A stretch of 64,000 bases of DNA from an uncultured delta proteobacterium (GTDB lineage: Bacteria > Desulfobacterota > RBG-13-43-22), in assembly GCA_963743305.1 (NCBI GenBank), contig CAVUPH010000013.1:160001-224000 (forward strand), written 5' to 3'. The position numbers were made by a program, and so were the translations under genes. The notes under the pieces are model-generated. The model ran no database searches and was not told where the DNA came from. It was given only the letters and a program-made list of their open reading frames with translations. Shown here piece by piece: positions 38,501 to 47,816 of the stretch (positions within the stretch are counted from its first letter, which is position 1; each line of letters starts with the position of its first letter).

Positions 38501-39622
38501 ATGCAGAAGCGAAGTCAATGGGTTTTGTCAATGGTGATCGTGGTCGGCGTCCTCTTGTTGGCGGTTGCGGCCACTCAGGCGGCCCCGATAGCGGCCAAGA
38601 TCGGGGTCATTTCCATTATCACCGGTCCGGGGGCCGGTTATGGGGAGGCCATCACCAACGGGTTTAAACTGGCCGCGGGAGAACTGAACGCCAAGGGAGA
38701 GGTGAAGATCGACCTGATCATGGAGGATTCTTCGGGCAAACAGGAACAGGCCCTGGCGGCGGCCCAGAAACTGATCAATTCCGAGCAGGTGGTGGCCATC
38801 CTCGGCCCCACGCTGAGCACGGAAATGAAGGTAGTCGGTCCGGAGGCCAATGCCAGCGGGGTCCCGATTATGGGTACCTCCACCACCGCCGTGGGCATCA
38901 CCCAGATCGGGAAATATGTTTTCCGCAATTCCCTGCCGGAGGCCCTGGCCATCCCGGCTTCGGTGAAAAAGGCCGTGGCCAAATACCATATCAAAAGCGT
39001 GGCCATGCTCTACGGGAACGATGACGTTTTCACCAAATCGGGTTTTGACACCATGAAGAAGGTGGCCACCGACCTGGGTCTGAAGATCACCACGATCGAA
39101 GAATTTCAAAAAGGGCAGGCCGATTACAAGGCCCAATTGACCAAGATCAAAGCTACCAAGCCCGATGCCATCTTTTGCTCGGCCCTCTATGAAGAGGGAG
39201 GGGTCATATTGTCTCAGGCCCGAAAAATGGGGATTACCGTGCCCTTTGTGGGCGGCAACGGTTTCAACTCCCCCAAAGTGATTGAAATCGCCAAAGAGGC
39301 TGCCAACGGATTGATCGTGGCCACCCCCTGGTTCGGCGACAAGCCCGACCCGAAGGTCAAAGCCTTCGTTCAGAAGTATGAAAAGGCCTACGGGAAGAAG
39401 CCCGATCAGTTCGCCGCCCAGGCCTATGATGCCATGTATATCATGGGCGAGGCCCTGAAGAAGGCCGGGAAAGCTGACCGCGACAAGCTGCGCGACGCCT
39501 TGGCCTCCATTCGCAATTACAACGGCGTGTTGGGCAAGTTCTCCTTCGACAACGAACGCGACGTGGTCATGGACCCCAATGTTCTGATCGTCAAGGACGG
39601 CAAGTTCCAGATTTTCAACTAA
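38501..39622 (+). CDS. livK: Branched-chain amino acid ABC transporter substrate-binding protein
   Basis: Signal peptide, KIGVI..TGPGAGYG, DYKAQLTKIK, AAQAYDA; heads the liv operon. Confidence 0.85.
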   Translation: MQKRSQWVLSMVIVVGVLLLAVAATQAAPIAAKIGVISIITGPGAGYGEAITNGFKLAAGELNAKGEVKIDLIMEDSSGKQEQALAAAQKLINSEQVVAILGPTLSTEMKVVGPEANASGVPIMGTSTTAVGITQIGKYVFRNSLPEALAIPASVKKAVAKYHIKSVAMLYGNDDVFTKSGFDTMKKVATDLGLKITTIEEFQKGQADYKAQLTKIKATKPDAIFCSALYEEGGVILSQARKMGITVPFVGGNGFNSPKVIEIAKEAANGLIVATPWFGDKPDPKVKAFVQKYEKAYGKKPDQFAAQAYDAMYIMGEALKKAGKADRDKLRDALASIRNYNGVLGKFSFDNERDVVMDPNVLIVKDGKFQIFN

Positions 39623-39625
39623 TTG

Positions 39626-39749
39626 CACCGCCCGCTTGCCACGCGGCTCGCTCAAGACGCAAAGGACGCAAAGAATCTTTACATCATGGCCGGTTTTCAC
39701 CGGCCATGATAAAAACTATTCTCTTTGCGCCCTTTGCGCCTTTGCGGTG
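39626..39749. repeat. REP/MITE-like palindrome with 9-mer repeats
   Basis: caccgc...gacgcaaaggacgcaaag / ctttgcgccctttgcgcctttgcggtg arms around hairpin atcatggccgg-ttttca-ccggccatgat. Confidence 0.7.
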
Positions 39750-39773
39750 AACAAATTTTTTTAAGGTCGAATC

Positions 39774-40661
39774 TTGTTCTTCGAGCAATTAATAAACGGC
39801 ATCACCTTGGGCAGTATCTATGCCATTGTGGCCTTGGGTTACACGCTGGTCTTCGGGGTCCTGGACATCATCAACATGGCCCACGGGGAGATCTTCATGT
39901 TCGGGGCCTTTATCGGTATGCTGCTCATTTCTCGTTTCGAGGTGCCGGTCGTGGCGGCCCTGGGCGGAGCCATTCTGGTGACCGCCGCTTTGGGTTTTCT
40001 GCTGGAACGATTGGCCTTACGCCCCCTGCGGGGTCGAAGAGGGGTCTCCCATTTGGCTTCTCTGATCAGCACCATCGGAGTTTCCATTTTTCTCGAAAAC
40101 CTGGCCCATCATCTTTTCGGCGCCGGCAACAAACGGTTCCCCACTTCTTTCGGAGATATCCAATTCACCCTCGGGCCGGTATCTATTTACCTGGTGCAGG
40201 TCATCATCCTGGCCATCTCCATTCTTCTTATGGTGGGCCTCTCCACCTGGCTTTCCAAGGCCAAGACCGGCAAGGCCCTGCGGGCCACGGCGGAAAACCT
40301 GGAGACGGCCAGCCTGCTCGGCATCAACACCGGCCGGATCATTACCTCCACCGTGGTGGTGGCCTCGTCCATGGGCGGGATCGCCGGGGTGCTGGTGGGC
40401 ATGGCCTTCAATTACGTCAACAACCAGATGGGCCTGCCCATGGGGCTTAAAGGGCTGGCCATCATCATCATGGGCGGTATGGGCAGCGTGAACGGGGCCA
40501 TGGTCGGAGGATTGATCCTCGGCCTGTCCGAAACCTTCATGGTGGCCTACGGAGATTCCGGTTACCGGGACGCCATTGCCTTTATCGCCATCATTGTGAT
40601 TTTGTTGATCCGTCCCCAGGGCCTTTTCGGCCAGGCCTTGAACGCGGAGCGCAAAGCGTGA
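39774..40661 (+). CDS. livH: Branched-chain amino acid ABC permease
   Basis: QLINGITLGSIYAIVALGYTLVFG, INMAHG, GKALRA, GGMGS. Confidence 0.92.
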   Translation: MFFEQLINGITLGSIYAIVALGYTLVFGVLDIINMAHGEIFMFGAFIGMLLISRFEVPVVAALGGAILVTAALGFLLERLALRPLRGRRGVSHLASLISTIGVSIFLENLAHHLFGAGNKRFPTSFGDIQFTLGPVSIYLVQVIILAISILLMVGLSTWLSKAKTGKALRATAENLETASLLGINTGRIITSTVVVASSMGGIAGVLVGMAFNYVNNQMGLPMGLKGLAIIIMGGMGSVNGAMVGGLILGLSETFMVAYGDSGYRDAIAFIAIIVILLIRPQGLFGQALNAERKA

Positions 40662-40693
40662 GGCGCTGAGCGCAGGGCCTGTCGGTTAAGGAA

Positions 40694-40800
40694 GAATGGA
40701 ATAGTGGAATAATGGAACGTTGGAATAAAAGCAAGATGTCTGAACTGGAGACGCCCCTTGATCATTCCATCATTCCATCATTCCATTATTCCATCATTCC
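40694..40800. repeat. Inverted arrays of the octamer ATCATTCC/GGAATGAT
   Basis: gaatggaatagtggaataatggaacgttggaata (40694-40727) facing five at(c/t)attcc units (40761-40800). Confidence 0.75.
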
Positions 40801-40830
40801 GGCATTCCCCCCCCGGGTGGGTTTCGTTTT

Positions 40831-41772
40831 ATGATCAACCCTTATTACCTCCAAATCGCCTCCTTTCTGCTGATCAACATCCTGTTGGCCTTGAGCATCT
40901 ACATTACCCTGTGTACCGGACAGTTATCGCTGGGCAGCGCCGGATTCATGAGCATCGGCGCTTATACCAGCGCTCTGCTGACCGCCAAACTGGGGCTGCC
41001 GATCCCTCTGGGCCTATTGGCCGGAGGGCTGCTGGCCGCGTTCATGGGCCTGCTCATCGGCCTGCCCACATTGCGTCTCACCGGGGTCTATCTGGCTATT
41101 GCCACTTTGGGTTTCGGAGAAGTGGTCCGCGTCGTCTTTATCAACTGGGAGTCCCTGACCAGCGGCGCGGTGGGCATCGCCGGTATTCCTCACCTGGGCC
41201 GCACCATCCTGGCCCGCCTGCAGGCGGTCGGGTTTTCTCCGGAGAGCTGGGGTCTGAGGAATAATGAATTTATCAGCTTGTCCGTTTTTTTGATTCTCCT
41301 TTTTCTCACCTTGCTGACCCTTCTTTTTTTCAGTCGTCTCCTGAACTCCCGGGTGGGCCGGGCCTTTGAGGCCATCCGCATGGATGAAAAGGCCGCCGAG
41401 GCCATGGGCATTCACACCACCTATTACAAGATCTTAACCTTTGTGCAGGGGGCGGCCCTGGCCGGATTCGCCGGTGCCTTGTTCGCCCATGTGACCGGCT
41501 ACATCAGTCCGGCGGACTTTACCTATCACCGGGCCGTGGAAATACTGGTTTTTGCCGTTTTCGGGGGCAGCGAGGTGTTATGGGGACCGGTTTTCGGGGC
41601 CGGCTTTCTGACGGTCATGCCGGAGTTGCTCCGGGGGTTAAGCGAGTATCGTTATTTCATCTACGGGACCATACTGGTGGTCATGATGATTTTCCGTCCC
41701 CAGGGCGTGATCGACCGGTCATTACTCGATCGGCTGAAAGGCCGGCGGAACGAGGGGAAAGATGCTGCTTGA
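40831..41772 (+). CDS. livM: Branched-chain amino acid ABC permease
   Basis: TGQLSLG, LRLTGVYLAIATLGF, GRAFEAIR.DE.AA, FRPQG. Confidence 0.92.
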   Translation: MINPYYLQIASFLLINILLALSIYITLCTGQLSLGSAGFMSIGAYTSALLTAKLGLPIPLGLLAGGLLAAFMGLLIGLPTLRLTGVYLAIATLGFGEVVRVVFINWESLTSGAVGIAGIPHLGRTILARLQAVGFSPESWGLRNNEFISLSVFLILLFLTLLTLLFFSRLLNSRVGRAFEAIRMDEKAAEAMGIHTTYYKILTFVQGAALAGFAGALFAHVTGYISPADFTYHRAVEILVFAVFGGSEVLWGPVFGAGFLTVMPELLRGLSEYRYFIYGTILVVMMIFRPQGVIDRSLLDRLKGRRNEGKDAA

Positions 41773-42523
41773 GATCCGGAAGGTCAGCATGATTTTCGGC
41801 GGTCTGGCCGCCTTAAAGGATGTGGACTTCCGGTTGGAGGAGGGGGAAATCCTGGGCCTGATCGGTCCCAACGGCGCGGGTAAGACCACCTTGTTCAATG
41901 TGGTCACCTCCTTTCTACACCCTACGGGCGGTGAGATCTTTTTCAACGGGGAGAAGATCAGCGGCCTCCCTACCCACGAGATTACCAATCGCGGGATCAG
42001 CCGGACTTTTCAAAATATCCGTCTTTTCGATCAAATGACCGTGGAAGAGAACGTCATGGTCGGCCGCCACACCCGGAGCCGGGCCGGGGTTTGGAGCAGT
42101 GTCCTGCGGACCGCTTTTCAAAAAAAAGAAGAGGCGCGGATCAGGGAAAAAACCGACGAACTGCTCGACCTGGTGGGCTTATCGGGAACCAATCGTTCCC
42201 CGGCCTCCAGCCTGCCTTACGGGTACCAGCGGCGGGTGGAAATCGCCCGGGCCCTGGCCGGGGAACCGCGGCTGATCCTGCTGGATGAACCCGTGGCCGG
42301 GATGAACGACAGCGAGACCGAAGAGATCGCCCGGTTGATCAAAAAGATTCTGGGATTCGGCATCACCATTCTGTTGATCGAGCACGATATGTCCATGGTC
42401 ATGAAGGTTTGCGATCGCCTGGTGGTCCTTAATTTCGGCGAGAAGATCGCCGAGGGCGCCCCCCAGGAGATCCAGAACAATCCCCAGGTCATCGAAGCCT
42501 ATCTGGGTCGAGAGGAAGGGTAG
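41762..42523 (+). CDS. livG: Branched-chain amino acid ABC ATPase
   Basis: FGGLAA, GPNGAGKTT, RTFQNIRLF, LLDEPVAG, IEHDM, VIEAYLG. Confidence 0.93.
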   Translation: MLLEIRKVSMIFGGLAALKDVDFRLEEGEILGLIGPNGAGKTTLFNVVTSFLHPTGGEIFFNGEKISGLPTHEITNRGISRTFQNIRLFDQMTVEENVMVGRHTRSRAGVWSSVLRTAFQKKEEARIREKTDELLDLVGLSGTNRSPASSLPYGYQRRVEIARALAGEPRLILLDEPVAGMNDSETEEIARLIKKILGFGITILLIEHDMSMVMKVCDRLVVLNFGEKIAEGAPQEIQNNPQVIEAYLGREEG

Positions 42524-42542
42524 AGGTTAGGAGGATGAAGGC

Positions 42543-43250
42543 GTGCTGCGGGTCGAAGGGCTGAAAACCAGTTACGGAAACATCCGGGCCATAAAGGGGG
42601 TGGACCTGGAGGTGCCCTCCGGTTCCATTGTGACCATCCTGGGCGTCAACGGGGCCGGCAAAACGACCCTGCTCAAAACCATCGCCGGCCTGCTCAAACC
42701 CAAGGCCGGAAAGATATTTTTCCTGGACGAGGATATCGCCAGACTCCCGCCTTTCAAGGTGGTGCAGCGGGGCATCGCCCTGGTCCCGGAAGGACGGGCC
42801 ATCCTGGCCCGGATGAGCGTCCTGGAAAACCTGGAAATGGGGGCCTATCAGCGCCGCGACGGCCAGGTTCGTAAGGATATTAAGAAAGAAATGGAGCGTT
42901 TCCCCTGGCTGGAAGGGCGGCAGGGGCAACCCGGCGGCTCCCTCTCCGGCGGGGAGCAGCAAATGCTGGCCATCTCCCGGGCCCTCCTCTCCCGCCCCAA
43001 ACTGTTGCTCTTGGATGAGCCTTCCCTGGGCCTTGCCCCCCTGGTAGTGAACGAAATCTTCCGGATCATCCGCCGCATCAATCAGGACGGAACCACGGTC
43101 CTCCTGGTGGAGCAGAACGTCAAACAGGCCATGAAAGTCTCCCAGTATGCCTATGTACTGGAAACCGGGAAGATCGTCCTGAGCGGCACCACCGCCGAGC
43201 TCTTGGAAAACCCCAAGATCAAGGAATCGTTCCTGGGGCAAAAGGCCTGA
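42543..43250 (+). CDS. livF: Branched-chain amino acid ABC ATPase
   Basis: GVNGAGKTT, VPEGR, LSGGEQQMLA, LDEPSLGLAP, VEQN. Confidence 0.93.
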   Translation: MLRVEGLKTSYGNIRAIKGVDLEVPSGSIVTILGVNGAGKTTLLKTIAGLLKPKAGKIFFLDEDIARLPPFKVVQRGIALVPEGRAILARMSVLENLEMGAYQRRDGQVRKDIKKEMERFPWLEGRQGQPGGSLSGGEQQMLAISRALLSRPKLLLLDEPSLGLAPLVVNEIFRIIRRINQDGTTVLLVEQNVKQAMKVSQYAYVLETGKIVLSGTTAELLENPKIKESFLGQKA

Positions 43251-43253
43251 TTC

Positions 43254-44144
43254 TTAGCCTCTATTTAATTCTTCATCAGCACCGGCAGAAAAAGCCGGGC
43301 TGGAGTATCCCCCGGGTTCAATGGATTTTACCAGAGGCAGCAGGGGCTCGTTAAACCGACCCCCATAGCTCGCGCCTAAAATTTTTAGGTACCAGGCGGC
43401 GGCCCCTCCCGGGTTTCTTATCTGCCAGTTGTTCAGAATAAATTCCACGCGCAAACGAATAATCCCCGGGTCTTGATAGGGTGGTGGGTCGATCCAGATT
43501 GGCCGCAGCCGGTATTGATAGATCCAGGGTCTCGGCAAGAGTAATTCCAACGCCCGGTAATTGGGAATGCCGTAAAAATTGGTGATGGAGATCACGCGTC
43601 GTTCAGCCGTGCCGATGGAGCCGACATCGGATATATAGCTGTTGATGGCCCGCTTGAAGGCTTCTCCGGCGGTTAGGTTGCCGTCCTGATCCAGGTGTTT
43701 GATGATGTAGGTGGACAATTTTTCATTGTGACGGACCTCGCTCACATCCGTTCCGCTTCCGGTGCCAGTGATGATGGTATACCCGGTAGCCCCCACATAA
43801 ACCCCGACTTTCTTCTTGGCGAATTCTTCCGGAAATTCGGAATAGGTCGTTCCGGGATCCGGCGCAGGATAGAGATTGTTTCCGAAACTGGCTCCGTTGT
43901 GGCACCCGGAGGTGACGATCACGGCGTTGGGCAGGTCGTTCAGGGCGGCGGTATCCCCGCTGGTGGCGTGGTTTCCGGCTCTATACGATCCCCCGCCGGT
44001 GCTGATCGCATTGTAATCGCCATGACCTCCGAAATAGACCAAATTGTACTTGGCATTCAACTTGGCTGGCACGTCGTTGGAGTCATAGCTGTTCTGGACC
44101 AGGGCGTCATCCGTTGCCGTTGCTATAGACGGAAACCAGCCCAT
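43254..44144 (-). pseudogene. Fragment with peptidase C25 (gingipain/caspase-like) catalytic motifs
   Basis: LVYFGGHG (His), IVTSGCHNG (Cys), VYVGAT, TAGEAFKRA, FYGIP; no N-terminus or obvious RBS, abrupt C-terminus. Confidence 0.55.
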
Positions 44145-44191
44145 TCGTTATCGGGATCCGCTAAGGAGATGACCAAAAGGGCTGGCTGTTT

Positions 44192-44779
44192 TCAATCGGA
44201 ATTCGATCCGGCCCAGTCATAGGGGTTGTTGGGAGCCGCCGTGTCATGCCCAATCAGGATGAGATCAAATCTGGCCAAACCGGCGTTAGCTATGTTGTTT
44301 AAAGAAATCAATGAAGTGGCGAAGCCGTTTCCATCCAGGAGGGCTTTGAAGGCCTCAGCCGTATCGGAGTCGGTATTATAAACGAGGGCGGCGGTACGGT
44401 TTTTCTGGTAGACCTGGAAAGACTGGGAAAACGAGGCGTAGCCGGAATTCACGTCGGCAACGATGGGGTGGTCCCCCATTGAGGCATCCGGCGGAATGGT
44501 CACCGGCAGGGCAAAGGTCCCGTCCGGCCGGAGTGGATTTGAACCCAGGAAACGGCCTTGAGAAGCGAAGTCCCACCAGAGCATAACCGTATCGTTGGCT
44601 CCATATCCATCATACTTCCCGGTAGCCACCACTTGGATCCCTGGGGAACCAGAAGCGGGATTGACGGTCAGGGCATAGGCGCCCCAGGCAGGTAGCGCCG
44701 GGAAAAAGACGAAGGGGGTCGGTAGCAGGAATGCGAGCTCCACCACAAAAATTCGGATCCAAAATTTTCGATTTTTCAT
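44192..44779 (-). CDS. Secreted protein N-terminal fragment (Ig-like + alpha/beta domain), probably truncated
   Basis: GGGAGG RBS, signal peptide, LTVNPASGSPG..VTIPPDAS.GDH; ends mid-domain after FDLILIGHDT. Confidence 0.55.
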   Translation of the reverse strand: MKNRKFWIRIFVVELAFLLPTPFVFFPALPAWGAYALTVNPASGSPGIQVVATGKYDGYGANDTVMLWWDFASQGRFLGSNPLRPDGTFALPVTIPPDASMGDHPIVADVNSGYASFSQSFQVYQKNRTAALVYNTDSDTAEAFKALLDGNGFATSLISLNNIANAGLARFDLILIGHDTAAPNNPYDWAGSNSD

Positions 44780-44796
44780 GGGAGGCCTCCCTTTTA

Positions 44797-44855
44797 TTAT
44801 CCGCCGCGGAGCAGAGAGTACCGGGGGTACCCCGTATCCCGCTCCGAGCGGATAA
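44797..44855. repeat. Intergenic hairpin
   Basis: ttatccgc..cggagc / gctccg.gcggataa inverted arms. Confidence 0.5.
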
Positions 44856-44882
44856 GCTCTGCGGATTTGAGATGCCGTTTAA

Positions 44883-46924
44883 TCAATTCCTTTGAATCAA
44901 TGGTAGATACAAATTAGTGGTTGGTATTCCCCATATCCGTATCCGTATCGAGTCGGCAAAGCCGTCCTGTGGTCGTCGATAAACGGTGATGCTGTTGGTG
45001 GTCAGTGATCGCCAATAGGCGCCTACGCGGTCATCGGCGTTGTACCCCGCAGACGGCTGGGTTCCAAAATCCGCGCCGCCGAAGTAACGCTGGTTCAAAC
45101 CATTACCAGGATTGGAGTCCAAATAGTTCATATCCACCAAGTAATTTTCGAACGGCCCACCGAGATTATGGGTCAGGCTTTGGGCCGTATCCACGGCGAA
45201 GGCCACCCACCCGCTGTCGTAATCGGGCTTGGCCAGGCGCCAGATGCGGACGCGCACCTGCTCGGCATAGATGTCTTCCGGTCTCCGGTAGACGGTAATG
45301 CTTGTCGAAGTTAAAGACCTCCAGTATGCCCCTACCCGGTCATCTGCGCTCATGCCGGCGGGGGGCTGGGTCCCGAAATCAGCGCCGCCGTAATGGCGAT
45401 GGTTGACCCCGTTCCCGGCCGATCTCTGCTGCATATCCACCAAGTATTCGGCGGGGTCCCCCCCAGATCATGGGCGAGGGCGGTGGACGCATCTTTCGCC
45501 AGGGCTGTCCACCCCGAATCATAATCCGGTTTGGGCATGGACCAGATCCGAATCCGCGTCTGTTCGGCATAGGTATCCTCCGCGCGGCGAAAAACAGAAA
45601 TGCTGGCATTGGTCAAGCTGCGCCAATAAGCGCCGACCCGGTCATTGGCATTATGCCCCGGAGCCGGATTGGTCCCGAAATCGGCGCCTCCGTAATAACG
45701 ATTGTTCACCCCGTCGGCAGCACTGCCTTTGTACTGCATGTCCACCAAATAACTATTGGCATCCCCGCCGATAGTGTGCGATAGGACGGTGGCATCGCTT
45801 CCGGCAGTTATATTAACCCAGCCGCTGTCGTAGGTCGGCGACGGGATTCTCCAGGCGTTGAAAATGCGCATTCGGATCTGGGGAGCGTTAATATCCTCCG
45901 GTCGGCGATAAACGGTTACCGTTGAGTCGGTAAGGGTTCGCCAATAAGCCCCGGAACGGTCTTCGCTGCCGGTCAGGTCCATTCCTCCGTAATGGCGTTG
46001 ATTGACCCCGTAGGCGCCTGATTGAAATTGCATATCGACTATATAGTCATCAGGGTTGCCTCCGATGGCATGACTGAGGTCGATGGCCTGGTCCTGATTT
46101 ATCGCAATCCAGCCGCTGTCATACGTGGCCTTCGGCCTCTTCCAGATTCGAATACGGACTTCTTCTGCATAACTGTCATCGGCCCGACGATATACCCGCA
46201 TAGTGGTATTGTTCAGTACGTACCAATAGGCCCCAACCTGGGTATTGGGCGCGCCGGCTTTGGCCCCAAAATCGATGCCTCCGTAATACCTTTGGTTCAC
46301 CCCGCTGCCGGCGCTTCTAAATTGCATATCCACCACATAATTATCACGGTTTCCAAGAAGATTGTGGGTGACCAGTGGCGCTGGTCCGCCGGCGGCCAGT
46401 GCAATCCAACCGGAGTCATAATCCGGGGCAGCATCCACCCAAATACGGACCCTAACCTGTTCGGCAAAAGTATCTTCTGGCCGGCGATAAACAGTGATGG
46501 TGGATGTGGTCAAGGAGCGCCAGTAAGCGCCCACTCGGTCATCAGGATTTCCCAGAGTAACTTGCGTACCGAAATCATTCCCTCCATAATACCGCTGATT
46601 AATCCCGTTCCCGGCGTTTTTGAATTGCAGGTCCACGACGTAGGAGCCAGAGTTGCCGCCCAAGTTATGGGTCAGTACTTTGGCTTCATCCCGGGTAATG
46701 GTAACCCAACCGCTGTCGTACGAGGCCCCGCCGTTGTAGGCGCCTTTCAAGTTGGCCGGGTTTGCCGAAAGTTGAGGATTTGCTGCAGGGAGGGAAGAAG
46801 AATTTTTGTAGACATTTTGATCGGCTGGCTGGTACTCCGAACCAAATGAAGCGTTCCAACCGAAAACCAAAGCCAGTAATAAAGCCACTGTTAAAAAACC
46901 GAAAATAAATGATTTTTTTTGCAT
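44883..46924 (-). CDS. Secreted protein with six ~97-aa YDSGW repeats; frameshift in a G7 run (45458-45464)
   Basis: Signal peptide; repeat consensus YDSGW..H.LGG...Y.VDMQ....G.N.RYYGG.DFG....DRVGAYWRSLT...ITVYRR.ED..A..RIRIW; adding one G restores HDLGGDPAEYLVDMQ. Confidence 0.8.
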
Positions 46925-46971
46925 GGCCTGTCCTCCGGAAAGAAATTTCAAAAAGGATGAGGGCAAGAAAT

Positions 46972-46993
46972 GGGAGGGGATAAACCCCTCCCC
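46972..46993. repeat. Short REP-like hairpin
   Basis: gggagggg-ataaa-cccctccc. Confidence 0.5.
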
Positions 46994-47006
46994 GAAGGCC
47001 GTTGGA

Positions 47007-47579
47007 TTAATTATTTTGGATTATAGGCAAGGCCACCGCCCCGAAAGGAGGAATGTAATGGATTCGGGCCCCGCATAATCTTGAGGTATTGGCCGCTTGG
47101 GGCTGCCATGTCAGTTCATAAAAGCATTTTGAATCGACGGTACAGTCTGTTTCCACGGTAATATTCAATTCGGCGGTAGGAAGTTTGAGTCTTCCAATAA
47201 TCCCTACCAGGGGTATTGCGGCAAGGGTTGTGCTGGTATTGGCAAAGGGGTCGTATTTTAATAAAGCGAGTGTACTAAATGGCGGCGTGAGCGGAAAGAC
47301 TAGTGGGGTAAATTCAAAAAAATAAAATTCCAGGCGTTTGATCAGAGAGCCCCTCGGTAATAGGACAGGAAAGCTGAAACCATCAAGCCCCCCAGTGTTC
47401 CAAATACAACCCTCACCACTGTTATAACTCTGGGTTGAACTCGTAGGAGTAAAAGAGGATCCGAGGACATTCAGATATTGTGTGGGAGGTTGGGCAGAAA
47501 CGACGGGTGTGAGTAATAGGGTTAATAGGAAAAAGATTCCAAAAAGTTGAGTGATAGACCGATAGTTTTTCTTCATCAC
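47007..47579 (-). CDS. Secreted hypothetical protein
   Basis: GGAGG RBS, signal peptide MKKNYR..VVSA, FPVLLPRGS.I, C-terminal ALPIIQNN; AT-richer than its neighbours. Confidence 0.7.
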   Translation of the reverse strand: MMKKNYRSITQLFGIFFLLTLLLTPVVSAQPPTQYLNVLGSSFTPTSSTQSYNSGEGCIWNTGGLDGFSFPVLLPRGSLIKRLEFYFFEFTPLVFPLTPPFSTLALLKYDPFANTSTTLAAIPLVGIIGRLKLPTAELNITVETDCTVDSKCFYELTWQPQAANTSRLCGARIHYIPPFGAVALPIIQNN

Positions 47580-47816
47580 TTTTTCCTCCATTTCTAAAAG
47601 GTTTCTATTAAATCCTACCTTCCTACTATGAAGTCTTTTAGTTGGCGCTGCTCTTACCACCCAAATTCCCCTATTTACTACAAATAAAAAGGTATAAAGT
47701 CAACGGGAAAAAGGAGGCAGAGGACCATATCCTATTGGCTAGAGATCAAGACCGAAACTACCATGGACAAAGTCAAGACAGGATTAAAATCCGATTATTA
47801 CTTCCCGGAAAAATGG

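Noticed and set aside
44190-44194. TGA at 44192 as selenocysteine readthrough
   Set aside because: No redox motif context, and the frame hits TAG about 22 codons later
44883-46924. YDSGW repeats as DGR template/variable repeats or a CRISPR array
   Set aside because: Repeats are protein-level with scattered synonymous divergence; no reverse transcriptase and no near-identical DNA pair
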